DNA from: Candidatus Hydrogenedentota bacterium
GTDB taxonomy: Bacteria; Hydrogenedentota; Hydrogenedentia; Hydrogenedentales; JAEUWI01
Reading direction: 5' to 3'
Length of the DNA stretch: 64,000 nucleotides
Assembly (NCBI GenBank): GCA_034669905.1
Contig: JAXMOL010000011.1
Coordinates: forward strand, 89,037 to 153,036
Made by a program: the position numbers and the translations under genes. The notes under the pieces were generated by a model, which was not told the DNA's origin, made no database searches, and saw only the letters and a list, made by a program, of their open reading frames with translations. Shown here in pieces: positions 8,962 to 18,545 of this stretch (its first letter is position 1; each line of letters starts with the position of its first letter).

Positions 8962-9792
8962 ATGCCTGTAAAGCCCATCCGTGCGGAGCGCAAAAAGCGG
9001 CTATCGCTCCTGCGCCAACCCCTTGACGATCTCTACGCACACTACAACCAACGGCACTTCGTCCATCCCGATCCCCTGTCACCCCTCTATGACTTTGCCG
9101 ACCCGCGGGATCAGGAAGTGGCGGGGCTCATCACGGCCACCTTGGCCTTCGGAAACGTGAAGCAAATCCTGAAGAGTATTGCGGTGGTGCTGGATTGCTT
9201 TCCGGAACCGGCAAAAACCCTGCCGGAGCTTTCCGACCGAAAACTCGCTCAGTGTCTGCAGGGCTTCCGGCACCGCTACGTCACCGGGGTCGAGATGGCC
9301 TCGCTCCTGGCCGGTGTCCGACAGGCCTTGCGCGAACATCAATCCATCGGGGCCTGTTTCGATGCCCTCGACGACCCTACCGAGAGCACCCTCGTGCCCA
9401 CCCTGGGCCGCTTCGTCACCTATCTGTGTGCACATGGCACGGCGGAACGCAACTACCTGCTTCCCGACCCGAAGAAGGGCAGTGCCTGCAAGCGTTGGTT
9501 CATGTACCTCCGGTGGATGGTACGCGAAGACACCGTCGACCTCGGACATTGGGCCCATCTGGGTGCCCACCGATTGGTCATTCCCGTGGATACCCACATG
9601 CACCGCGTCGCCCGGGGCATGTTTCTGACCCGACGCAAAAGCGCGGATTTGAAGACGGCCCTCGAGATTACCCAAGCCTTTCAGGTCATCTGCCCCGAGG
9701 ACCCGGTGCGGTACGATTTCTGCCTGACCCGCCTGGGCATCCGCGAAGAGGGCGACATGGATGCCTTCTTGAAAGGGCTGCGGAAGGGTTAA
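8962..9792 (+). CDS. TIGR02757/DUF2400 family protein
   Basis: DP, DQEVAG, SACKR, LRWMVR, IPVDTH, PEDPVRYDF motifs. Confidence 0.85.
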   Translation: MPVKPIRAERKKRLSLLRQPLDDLYAHYNQRHFVHPDPLSPLYDFADPRDQEVAGLITATLAFGNVKQILKSIAVVLDCFPEPAKTLPELSDRKLAQCLQGFRHRYVTGVEMASLLAGVRQALREHQSIGACFDALDDPTESTLVPTLGRFVTYLCAHGTAERNYLLPDPKKGSACKRWFMYLRWMVREDTVDLGHWAHLGAHRLVIPVDTHMHRVARGMFLTRRKSADLKTALEITQAFQVICPEDPVRYDFCLTRLGIREEGDMDAFLKGLRKG

Positions 9793-9819
9793 CTATGTCC
9801 CGGGTATATTGCGTAGTGG

Positions 9820-10018
9820 ATGGCCCGGACTTTCAGCCCTACTTACGCGGATGTACCCTCGTCATGGGGCGTTGCCCCATGCTGGTATGTTTTCAGGCCG
9901 TTGGCCCTGTCTATTCCCAACCGCGCCACATCGAGCGCCCATGGTCAACTGGGTAGAGCCTTAGCGTTGTGTCGGCCCGGCATAACGCATGGTCCAAAGG
10001 GCTGAAAGCCCGGTCCAT
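9820..10018. repeat. REP-like palindromic element, family A, second copy
   Basis: Outer IR 9820-9840 / 9998-10018; core shared with 849-894; lies between convergent genes. Confidence 0.8.
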
Positions 10019-10073
10019 GAATTGAACGAGGCTCGTCGCCCTCCTGCCAAACGAAACTCCGTGAATATCGCCC

Positions 10074-11303
10074 CTATGCGGCAACCTTGTTACGTTCCCG
10101 ACGCCAGTAGTAGAGATGCAAAACCAAGACAATCCCCTGTTCCAGAAACTTGAGGGAGACGAGGCCCCACAGCCCCGCGGCATACCAGGCGGGGACGACC
10201 AGCGCGATCGACAACAGGCGCGAACTGAGGGTGGGCACGAGGATGGCCCGGCGATTGGCGGTGGCGCGGTAGTAATTGTTAAACAGCAGGTTGATAGGCG
10301 TGGCCACGAGCACGATGGACAGTACCTGGGCCAGGGGAATGGCGTCCCGATAATCCACGAAGAGCAGGTGCAGCAGCAAGGTCATGAACACCGCCGCGCC
10401 CATGGCAAAGAGCACCCCGGCCCCCAGAAGATAGACTAGCTTTCTCCCGGTAACCGCCGTGTGGCCCGTGGCAAAGCGGGCAGAGAACACCGAAAAGAGG
10501 GGCACCACCACGGAGCGCAATTTGCTGTAGGGCATGAGCGCCAGGTAGAGCATCCCGATTTGTTCCGGGTCCCCCAGGGTGCCCACGAGCACCTTATCAA
10601 AGTTGTTTTCCAGCATGACGATGCCACTGACCACGGTGGCAAAGGCCCCATAACCAATGAGTTCGGGATCCGACGCTCCCGCGCGAAGGGTCTGCTGGCA
10701 ACGGAAGCACATCACGCCTGCGAGGAGCAGGTGGCTCCCAAGATAAGCCAACATGACGGGCCACACCTGACTGGGAAAAAGGAGGGTAGCCCCCACGGCC
10801 GCGATAATACGTCCTGCGAAGAGGGTCGAAAAGAAGCGTGCCTCCCGGCCAAATTCCTGTCGCCCGTTGAGAAAGGCGGAAAAGTATTCCAGGGGACGAA
10901 ACACGGGGAAAAAGACGGCGCACACCACGAGGCTGATGGCCCGGTCGATGTTTCCCTGCCCGTAGTAATAGAGCGCAATCGCCAGTAGGATAGCGGTCCC
11001 CGAAAGGGCCACGAGACTGGCGAAACGGACGCCCCGCTTAAAGGACGTGTCGAAGCCCCGGGCGACGGAGCGGGTCATGCTGTCGCTGATGCCCATGTAG
11101 GCACAGATGCTGAGCATACTTAAGAGGGACGTGAGATAGACGAATTCGTCGAACACGCCCACCCCGGCCACGTTGGCCAGGTACCAGGTGAAGGCGAAGC
11201 TGGCGGTGAGTTCCGTACCCGATTTCAGGAGCTTATAGCGCCCGCCACCGACGAGGTGTTTCACGTCGCCGTGCCCCCAGATTGCACGTAGCCGCCCCAT
11301 CAT
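10074..11303 (-). CDS. Oligosaccharide flippase (Wzx/MOP-like)
   Basis: About 12 hydrophobic segments, DKVLVG motif, last gene of a glycosyltransferase operon. Confidence 0.75.
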   Translation of the reverse strand: MMGRLRAIWGHGDVKHLVGGGRYKLLKSGTELTASFAFTWYLANVAGVGVFDEFVYLTSLLSMLSICAYMGISDSMTRSVARGFDTSFKRGVRFASLVALSGTAILLAIALYYYGQGNIDRAISLVVCAVFFPVFRPLEYFSAFLNGRQEFGREARFFSTLFAGRIIAAVGATLLFPSQVWPVMLAYLGSHLLLAGVMCFRCQQTLRAGASDPELIGYGAFATVVSGIVMLENNFDKVLVGTLGDPEQIGMLYLALMPYSKLRSVVVPLFSVFSARFATGHTAVTGRKLVYLLGAGVLFAMGAAVFMTLLLHLLFVDYRDAIPLAQVLSIVLVATPINLLFNNYYRATANRRAILVPTLSSRLLSIALVVPAWYAAGLWGLVSLKFLEQGIVLVLHLYYWRRERNKVAA

Positions 11304-12127
11304 GTGCGGGACCGCGTGAGGCGCTGTTTGACGCCCTTCAAGCAGCCCGGAAGCAGCAATTTGAACGCAAGTGGCACGAGCACTCGATAGTGCCCGAGTG
11401 GTTTATGACCCGTGCGCAAATAGTGCCACCGAATCCGAAGGGTGCACCGCACCTGCTCCTTCCATCGGGTGTAGGATATAGACGTGGCCCCGTGGGTGGG
11501 ACGACAGGCCAACGGCTCGGGGAGATTGTGTCCTTCGGTGAGCGCGAGCAGGCGAAAGTAGAGATCGTAATCCTGGGAGCAGGGATAGGCGGGGTTATAG
11601 CCTCCGCACTGACGGACCAAATCCAGGCGCGCCACGATGGTGGGGTGGATGAAGGGACAGGCATTCCAGATCGTCTGCTGGATGCTTGCGGCCGTCTCGG
11701 GCTTTCGCCGGATAGACACCTGACCGGTTTGCTGATTGGTCTCCTCGGTGGCGCAGCCGACGATGCCTACCTCGGGGTGGGCCTGTAGATAGTCCAGCTG
11801 CCGGGCGAGCTTTTCCGGGTGCCAGGTATCCCCGGCATCGATGCGGGCCATCCAGGTACCCGATGCGGCCGCAACGCCCGCCACCAGGGCGCGGGTAAGC
11901 CCCCCCTGCTCCGTCTGAACGACCAGCCGAAGACGGGGCTCTTTGCCGAAGGCCCGTTCCATGATCGCCACGGTGTCATCGGTGGAGCCATCATCCACCA
12001 CGATGCACTCCAGATCAGACATGGTCTGGGAAAATACACTTTCCAGGGTCGCCGCGATTGCTGCAGCTTCGTTGTGGACGCCCATCACGACGGAGACACA
12101 GGGCGCTGGCTTGCGCGGCCCGCTCAT
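11300..12127 (-). CDS. Glycosyltransferase family 2
   Basis: VSVVMGVHN, VDDGSTD, IDAGD, QDYDL; start reassigned to MSGPRK (overlaps upstream stop). Confidence 0.9.
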   Translation of the reverse strand: MSGPRKPAPCVSVVMGVHNEAAAIAATLESVFSQTMSDLECIVVDDGSTDDTVAIMERAFGKEPRLRLVVQTEQGGLTRALVAGVAAASGTWMARIDAGDTWHPEKLARQLDYLQAHPEVGIVGCATEETNQQTGQVSIRRKPETAASIQQTIWNACPFIHPTIVARLDLVRQCGGYNPAYPCSQDYDLYFRLLALTEGHNLPEPLACRPTHGATSISYTRWKEQVRCTLRIRWHYLRTGHKPLGHYRVLVPLAFKLLLPGCLKGVKQRLTRSRT

Positions 12128-13362
12128 GGTGAAACACCCCGTAGTGACCGTGACCGTAGCCACGCAGCGGCCCAACGACTTTCCGTGACTTTTCGGAGTT
12201 GCCGAATCAAGGCCGAGGGCGGATGGTGGGCATCCTGTAAAAAACGCTTCGTGAGCCGTGCCTCTTCCCGGGCAATCCATTCGGCGGGCCAGGGCGGGCA
12301 TGGGCCTTCGGAAGGCACCAGCTCGGGATGGGCCGCGCGGAAATTCCGTTGGGCCATTTCGTAAAGGGGAATCACCCCGGGCGCGGTGTGGGACCAATCG
12401 AAGTGTTCGCGAATGCGTTGCGCCGCCGCCGCGCCCATGGCCCTGCGGAGCACCGCATCATTTTGCAGGTGGGCCGTTTCCCGGGCGAAGGCCTCGGCGT
12501 CGTTGAAGGGCAGAATACGCCCCACGGCGTCCGAGTCCATCACGTCGGGCACCATACCCACCGCGGTCGCCAGCACACATACGCCGCTCGCCATGGCCTC
12601 GAGCACGGGCACGGGTCCGCCCTCGATGGTAGCGGTGCACCAGTAGGCATCCATCAACGCATAGGCCGCCGCAAATTCCCGCTCATCGGTGACAAAGGGC
12701 TTTCGGGTACAGCCCACGCCCTGGGCCGCGAGCTCTCCGGCCACCTGCTCCCAGCCGGGTCCTATCAAGACCACATGCACCGGAAATCCCTGTTGCGCAA
12801 GGAGCCCTATGCCCCGCAGAAACACGTCCGTGCCTTTGCGTCCGTGGGCATCGCTCGAGCGCTTTCCCACGAATCCAACGACAAAGGTATCGTCGGCAAT
12901 GTCTTGTTCCTGACGCAACTGCCTTCGTTCCCCGGGCGACCGGGGATAGAAAATTGTCGTATCGACACCATAGGGCACGACGGCCAGTTTTTCCGGGTCT
13001 ACCCCGGCTTCCTGCAGTCGCCCCTGCCACTGGGTAGAGCCCGTCATTACGGCATCGGCCTCCGCCACGCTGTTCAGATTGGATGCGTCCTGCACATGGT
13101 GAATCGTGCTGACGGTGGCCACGCGCCCCCGAAAGTCGGTCTGGCTCTTGTTCGCATCATGGGGCGTCAGAAAATGCACCACGTCGAAACGGTCGGCATG
13201 GGAAGCCACCTCCGGGAGGGTGCGCAGAACCCGGCCACTGCAGATGCACATGTCCAGTTGGGGATTGTGTTTCACATAGGCCCGGGCGATGGTGCCGCAT
13301 ATCCAATAGGGCACATCAGGCACGAGCAAAATACGCCGCTTTTTGGTGCGTTCAGCGTTCAC
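12124..13362 (-). CDS. Glycosyltransferase family 4
   Basis: VPYGVD, KG, EGGPVPVLEAMASG (EX7E). Confidence 0.9.
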   Translation of the reverse strand: MNAERTKKRRILLVPDVPYWICGTIARAYVKHNPQLDMCICSGRVLRTLPEVASHADRFDVVHFLTPHDANKSQTDFRGRVATVSTIHHVQDASNLNSVAEADAVMTGSTQWQGRLQEAGVDPEKLAVVPYGVDTTIFYPRSPGERRQLRQEQDIADDTFVVGFVGKRSSDAHGRKGTDVFLRGIGLLAQQGFPVHVVLIGPGWEQVAGELAAQGVGCTRKPFVTDEREFAAAYALMDAYWCTATIEGGPVPVLEAMASGVCVLATAVGMVPDVMDSDAVGRILPFNDAEAFARETAHLQNDAVLRRAMGAAAAQRIREHFDWSHTAPGVIPLYEMAQRNFRAAHPELVPSEGPCPPWPAEWIAREEARLTKRFLQDAHHPPSALIRQLRKVTESRWAAAWLRSRSLRGVSP

Positions 13363-14326
13363 GGGGCACCGTCACCAGGGGCAGGCCTTGGATGAGGGCC
13401 TGCTGCTGTTGCCAATCCCGCGGGGGAAGCGCCACCTCCCCCGATCCATCGAGGTAGGGCGTGGTGCCGCCATTCTTGTCGCTCTGGTTATCCCGGAAGT
13501 CGAGGCCCCGCAATCCTTCCGAAAACCCTTCGGGGAAGGCGTCGGGTTGGATGAAAAAGGCATTGGTGCCATTGGAATCGACGGTGACAAAGCGGTAACC
13601 GACCCCTTCCAGGAGGGCCCGCCACCCGGCGAGAGACACGCCGTAATAGAGGAGACTCTCATGGGCCGCACGGCGAGAAAAGGTCGGTTCATAGGGAATG
13701 GTGACGGCCTGCTCGGAACCAAAGACGCTGTTGTATTCGACGACCAGGAGTTTGGGGAGAAATCCCATTTCCAACACGCGCTCGACGATGTAGTAGTCGA
13801 TGCCGTCGATATCGATGATAAACACATCGGGAGCTGCGTGGGGACAACGCTTCATCAGCGACGCGATGTTGTCCTGGTCGACCAATTGATTCACCGCGAG
13901 AATGTTGTGGCACTTGGCGGCTTTCAGCACCTGCACGCAACGGCGGCTGAGATCGGGATTCCCCTCCACCATGACCCCGCTGAAACGGCGGGCGAAGGCG
14001 AGCCAGGCGGAACAATTCTGCAATCCATCCGCGCCACCAATTTCGAAGAAGTAGCGGTTGGGCGCGCTCATCTGCCCGCAGAGATAATCCACAATGCCGT
14101 CTTCGCCGTGTTGACTGAAGCCGGAAAATTCCCAGCTCAGTGGCTGTGTCGGGTCGATCTCCCGCGTGGCGGCCGTGGCCGCAGCCCGACTGTAGGCCGT
14201 CGCCAGGCGGGCCTCAATTTCCAGGCGACCGGGAAGATGCAGGAGCCCTTGGCGGCCGAAAAGTCGTTTCGCTATGGAGAGCACGGTGTGTCGCAAAAGG
14301 TATCTTTCGTTGGGTTTTTCGGCCAT
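13352..14326 (-). CDS. FkbM-like putative methyltransferase
   Basis: FSQHGEDG, FFEIG, IDIDGIDY, VVEYN, NAFF motifs; start estimated at MAEKP. Confidence 0.7.
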   Translation of the reverse strand: MAEKPNERYLLRHTVLSIAKRLFGRQGLLHLPGRLEIEARLATAYSRAAATAATREIDPTQPLSWEFSGFSQHGEDGIVDYLCGQMSAPNRYFFEIGGADGLQNCSAWLAFARRFSGVMVEGNPDLSRRCVQVLKAAKCHNILAVNQLVDQDNIASLMKRCPHAAPDVFIIDIDGIDYYIVERVLEMGFLPKLLVVEYNSVFGSEQAVTIPYEPTFSRRAAHESLLYYGVSLAGWRALLEGVGYRFVTVDSNGTNAFFIQPDAFPEGFSEGLRGLDFRDNQSDKNGGTTPYLDGSGEVALPPRDWQQQQALIQGLPLVTVPRER

Positions 14327-14473
14327 TTCCGATGGGCTGCCTATTGTAGCATATGGCAGGAGAGTCGACGTCGCCGGGATGCGGGAACGTCTGGGTGCCA
14401 CCCTTACAAACACGAGGTACGAGGCACCCTTGGTGCCCCCTGGCCGGCGGGCCGCCGGCGCTCCATAGGGACG

Positions 14474-15583
14474 CTACGATACCACCGAATCGTACAGGGC
14501 CTGCCATTGGGCCACGGTGTTGGCAAGTGAAAAGCGTTCCTCCACCGTGCGGCGGGCCGCTATGCCCTGCGCCTGGTTTCCCGCGGGACTCCCCAGGGCC
14601 ATCCGAAGGGCATTGGCGAAGCCCGCGGACGTCCCCCCTGATACGACACGGGCCGTGACGCCGTCTTCCACAATTTCCTTCACCGCCGGGTAGTCCGCCA
14701 CCACGACCGGCAACGCGGAGGCCATGGCCTCCAACAAGGCACTACCCAGCCCCTCCCGCGCACTCGCCATGATGTAGTGGTCCGCCGCATGGAGCCCCAG
14801 ACGCACGTCCTCCTGGAAGCCTGCCATACACACAATGTCGGAGATGCCCGCCTGGACACAGTAGCTGCGGACCGCCGTTTCATCGGGCCCGCTCCCCACC
14901 AGGAGCAATCTCAAGGTGGGAAAGTCGGTGTGAAGCGCCGCGACGGCCTCACACACGGTACGCACCCCTTTCAGGCGGGTAATACGCCCGGTCATGCACA
15001 GCACGAGGTCTTGGGGCGCGAAGCCAAAGCGTACCCGGGCGGCACGTCGCGCTTCGGCGGTGGGCGGGGCGAAATGTTCCGTGTCTATCCCGTTATAAAT
15101 CACCTGTTTCGGGAGCGGTGTCTCCACGCTGTCGGCCACCGCCTGGGAACAGGCCACGAGCCGCGTTCCGCGCCGATAGACATAGCGCTCCAACTGATTC
15201 TGTAGGGGCTGACCGTGTTGTCCCTGATACATGTGGTGGAGATGCTGAATCAAACAGGACACCCGCCCCGATGTAAGGGCACGTTGTCCCAACCAGCAGG
15301 AGGGCACGCCATGGGTGTGCAAGATGTCGCACGAAGCCGCTTTCAACAACCGCTCCAATCGCGGTGACACGCGGGGATCCCACTTCGACGAGGCCAGATG
15401 CCGGGGCGAAATGCCCCGTGCAGCGAGCACTTCGGAGAAGGGCCCGGGCCCGTGGAGCGCCGCCACCTGCACATCGACACCCCGCGCTGCCAGGCGAGGC
15501 AACACATCACACAGCAGGGTCTGTACACCACCGAGCTTCAGGCTGTCCACCAGATGGAGCACGCGGCAAGGATGCTTCAGCAT
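14474..15583 (-). CDS. Glycosyltransferase family 4
   Basis: GG loop, IYNGID, GRI..KG, EGLGSALLEAMA. Confidence 0.9.
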   Translation of the reverse strand: MLKHPCRVLHLVDSLKLGGVQTLLCDVLPRLAARGVDVQVAALHGPGPFSEVLAARGISPRHLASSKWDPRVSPRLERLLKAASCDILHTHGVPSCWLGQRALTSGRVSCLIQHLHHMYQGQHGQPLQNQLERYVYRRGTRLVACSQAVADSVETPLPKQVIYNGIDTEHFAPPTAEARRAARVRFGFAPQDLVLCMTGRITRLKGVRTVCEAVAALHTDFPTLRLLLVGSGPDETAVRSYCVQAGISDIVCMAGFQEDVRLGLHAADHYIMASAREGLGSALLEAMASALPVVVADYPAVKEIVEDGVTARVVSGGTSAGFANALRMALGSPAGNQAQGIAARRTVEERFSLANTVAQWQALYDSVVS

Positions 15584-16713
15584 TCGGACGTCACCTGGTC
15601 ATAGCAGCTGCGGTAGGCCGTGGCGACGGCCCGCCAGCTCATGTTTTCGGCCATTTTGCGGGAGCGGGCACCGTGCTCGCCGATACGCTCCGGACGATCG
15701 AGGTACTGGCGCAGTCCATCGACGATGCTGTCTACGGAGCCGAATTCCAGCAGGTATCCATTGCGCCCCGGCTCAACCGTCTCGCGGGCACCGCCCGTAT
15801 CGGTCATCAGGATGGGCAGGCCGGAGGCCATGGCTTCGAGCACCGTGTTGCTCATGCCCTCGTTGAGCGATGGCAAGACAAAGATATGGTGCTCCCGGTA
15901 GATGGCCGGCAGTTCCTCGTGGGCCACGACGCCCAGAAAGCGCACCCGGTCGCCCAATCCCAATTGCAGAACCAACGCGTCCAGGGCTTCCCGCTGGTTT
16001 CCATCCCCCGCGATGGTCAGTTCGACCCCTTCCTCCTCCAGGTATTTCACCGCTTCGATGAGCCAGGGAATACCTTTCCGCGAAATGAGCCGTGCGACAA
16101 TGAGTACCCGCAAGGGACCTTCTGCAGGCGGCCCCGGGTAAAATCGCGCCGTGTCTACTCCATTGGGAATGACCCCGATATTCTGCTTTGGTGCCGAAGC
16201 CCGGGCCAGATCCCGCAACCCCACGGAATTGGCAATGACCGCTCCGGCCCGCGCCCAGACATGGCGACTGAGCCGACGAAAGACCAGGGTGTCCGGCACG
16301 CGAAAGCGCTCGTTGTAGAAGGGCACATCGGAACCCCGAAGGGACACGATGTAGGGCAGTCCGAGCCGCCAGGCCAGGACCCCGCAGGGAATCCCGAAAA
16401 AGGCGTGGCACACGTCAAAGTCCTGCGTCCGCAGGAGGTGACGGGCATAGCAATAGGCCCGCCAGGAATAGGTGAGCAGTTCGCGGTTTCGCTGGTAATG
16501 GACGCTGCCCGATTTACCAATATTCAGATAGTGAATGCGTATCTGGGGCGTGAGCGAAACCACCGAGGCCGTGCCGGTGGAGGAGGTGATCAGGTCCACC
16601 TCGATATCCGCGTCTTCTCCGAAAACCTGGAGAATTTTCTCCGTCGCATTGGCAGCACCCCCACCCAGGGGCGGGTACTCGTAGTTGAGCATGAGGACAC
16701 GCATGGGTATCAC
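15577..16713 (-). CDS. Glycosyltransferase family 4
   Basis: EYPPLGGG, IPNGVD, EGMSNTVLEAMASG. Confidence 0.9.
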   Translation of the reverse strand: MIPMRVLMLNYEYPPLGGGAANATEKILQVFGEDADIEVDLITSSTGTASVVSLTPQIRIHYLNIGKSGSVHYQRNRELLTYSWRAYCYARHLLRTQDFDVCHAFFGIPCGVLAWRLGLPYIVSLRGSDVPFYNERFRVPDTLVFRRLSRHVWARAGAVIANSVGLRDLARASAPKQNIGVIPNGVDTARFYPGPPAEGPLRVLIVARLISRKGIPWLIEAVKYLEEEGVELTIAGDGNQREALDALVLQLGLGDRVRFLGVVAHEELPAIYREHHIFVLPSLNEGMSNTVLEAMASGLPILMTDTGGARETVEPGRNGYLLEFGSVDSIVDGLRQYLDRPERIGEHGARSRKMAENMSWRAVATAYRSCYDQVTSEC

Positions 16714-17678
16714 TCCGGTTCAGATTGCTCGCGAATGGTGTAGATGGCTTTTTGTTGACTCTCGTAGTAGGTCCGTACATTAATTTCGCCCAAAAGGCCC
16801 ATCCCGATCAACTGGAGGCCACCGAGGGAGAAAAACATGGCGATGAATAGCCACGCGTTGTCGGTTACATCCTGCCCTTTGAGGACCTTTTGTGCCAACG
16901 TGATACCCGCCGCCCCGACGCCCGTGGCCATGGCCGCCAGGCCCCACTTCCCGAAGACCTGCATGGGCTTGGTGGAATAGGAGAGCAGAAACTTGATGGT
17001 AATGAGATCCAGGATCACACGGAGCGTCCGTCCGATGCCATACTTGGATTCGCCAAATTCCCGGGGCCGGTGGTTCACTTCGATTTCCGCGACCCGTGCG
17101 CCGGCCCAACTGGCCAGCACCGGCAGAAAACGGTGGAGCTCGCCATAGAAATTCATGTGCTCGGCCACTTCGCGGTGGTAGGCCTTGAGGGTGCAGCCAT
17201 AGTCATGGAGCCGCACACCGGTGATAGCGGAAATGAGCCGGTTGGCCAGCATACTCGGCAGACGCCGGGAAAGGAGCTTGTCTTTGCGGTCCGCCCGCCA
17301 ACCACTGACCACGTCATAGCCTTCGTCGATTTTCTCCAGCAACCGGGGAATGTCACGGGGGTCGTTCTGCAGATCGGCGTCGATAGGCACAATCACCTCG
17401 TGCCGCGCCCGATCGAAGCCCGCCGCCATGGCCGCCGTCTGACCAAAATTGCGTCGGAAAATAACATGGCGCACCTGCTGCGGAGCACGGCGATGGAGCG
17501 TGCGAATCAGGTCGGCCGACGCATCCGTGCTCCCGTCATCGACAAAAATGATTTCATAGGATACCCCGGCGGCTTCCATGGCCTCCCGCACTTCTTCGTA
17601 AAGGCGGGGCAGCGACTCTACCTCGTTGTACACGGGCACCACCACCGAGACGGCATACGCTGTGGTTCGTTCTGTCAT
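16710..17678 (-). CDS. GT2 polyprenol-phosphate glycosyltransferase (ArnC/GtrB/DPM-synthase-like)
   Basis: VDDGSTD, RNFGQ, DADLQNDP, DYGCTLKAY, HRFLP, two C-terminal TM helices. Confidence 0.9.
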   Translation of the reverse strand: MTERTTAYAVSVVVPVYNEVESLPRLYEEVREAMEAAGVSYEIIFVDDGSTDASADLIRTLHRRAPQQVRHVIFRRNFGQTAAMAAGFDRARHEVIVPIDADLQNDPRDIPRLLEKIDEGYDVVSGWRADRKDKLLSRRLPSMLANRLISAITGVRLHDYGCTLKAYHREVAEHMNFYGELHRFLPVLASWAGARVAEIEVNHRPREFGESKYGIGRTLRVILDLITIKFLLSYSTKPMQVFGKWGLAAMATGVGAAGITLAQKVLKGQDVTDNAWLFIAMFFSLGGLQLIGMGLLGEINVRTYYESQQKAIYTIREQSEPE

Positions 17679-17876
17679 GAGGGATCGCCTGGGTTGCTAA
17701 ACGCATCAAAAGACCGATAGTCGGCACACGTGGCGGGAAGGCCGCGAAGGAACGGAAATCATACCGAACAAAGCGCTTACAGGTCAACGCATCCGGGCCG
17801 CACATTGGTTTAGGAGGCCCGTTTTCACTATAATCCAAGATTCTGCTCAAGCCCCGAACGCGCCATTGAGGTACCC

Positions 17877-18539
17877 ATGGATAAATCTGTTGCCGAGTTA
17901 GTCGCCCACGATACGGACGACCCCATGTTGCACGAAGAATGTCATGAATCAGAGTCCGGCACGCGGGCATCCCGCCGTCCAGAGCATAGCCTTCTTTCCA
18001 TCGTGCTGATGGCGCTCCTCGCCGCCGGCGCCGTCTATGGCGTGGGATGGACCCTGCGAGCCCAGCATAAGGTGGTCCATAGCTGGGATTTCCGCACCCT
18101 CCCCTATGAGTCCTCTCCCTGGCGCTTTCCCGAAGTAAAAATCGAGCAGGATGAAGGGGGGGTCATCATACCGACCCTGCAGACCGGTCCCGGCCCCCAA
18201 CTCATCCTGGACCTCGACACCGATACAGTCAGCGCGATTCGTGCCACGGTGGAGATTACCCGGGTGGAAGACGGCGCGCCGGTAGGCTACGCCCTCGAAT
18301 GGTACTGGTCAAGCGCGGAGGAGGTGGCCGCGGCGGCGGGTGCGTGGCCCTATTCCACCGAGCGCGGGGTGGCCTTCCGCCCCCTGAATCGCCACACGCC
18401 CAACATCCACACCGCCCAGGTGAGCAGACACAAGGCCTGGAAGGGCACCATCGCCCAGGGTTTCATTGGAATTAAGATACCACCCCGTGTCGAAGGCCCT
18501 TTTTTCGTGCGCCTCGTCCACGTCGAATTTCTGGAGTAA
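17877..18539 (+). CDS. Hypothetical membrane-anchored protein
   Basis: GAGG RBS, one TM helix, 6 nt from the next gene. Confidence 0.65.
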   Translation: MDKSVAELVAHDTDDPMLHEECHESESGTRASRRPEHSLLSIVLMALLAAGAVYGVGWTLRAQHKVVHSWDFRTLPYESSPWRFPEVKIEQDEGGVIIPTLQTGPGPQLILDLDTDTVSAIRATVEITRVEDGAPVGYALEWYWSSAEEVAAAAGAWPYSTERGVAFRPLNRHTPNIHTAQVSRHKAWKGTIAQGFIGIKIPPRVEGPFFVRLVHVEFLE

Positions 18540-18545
18540 GCATTC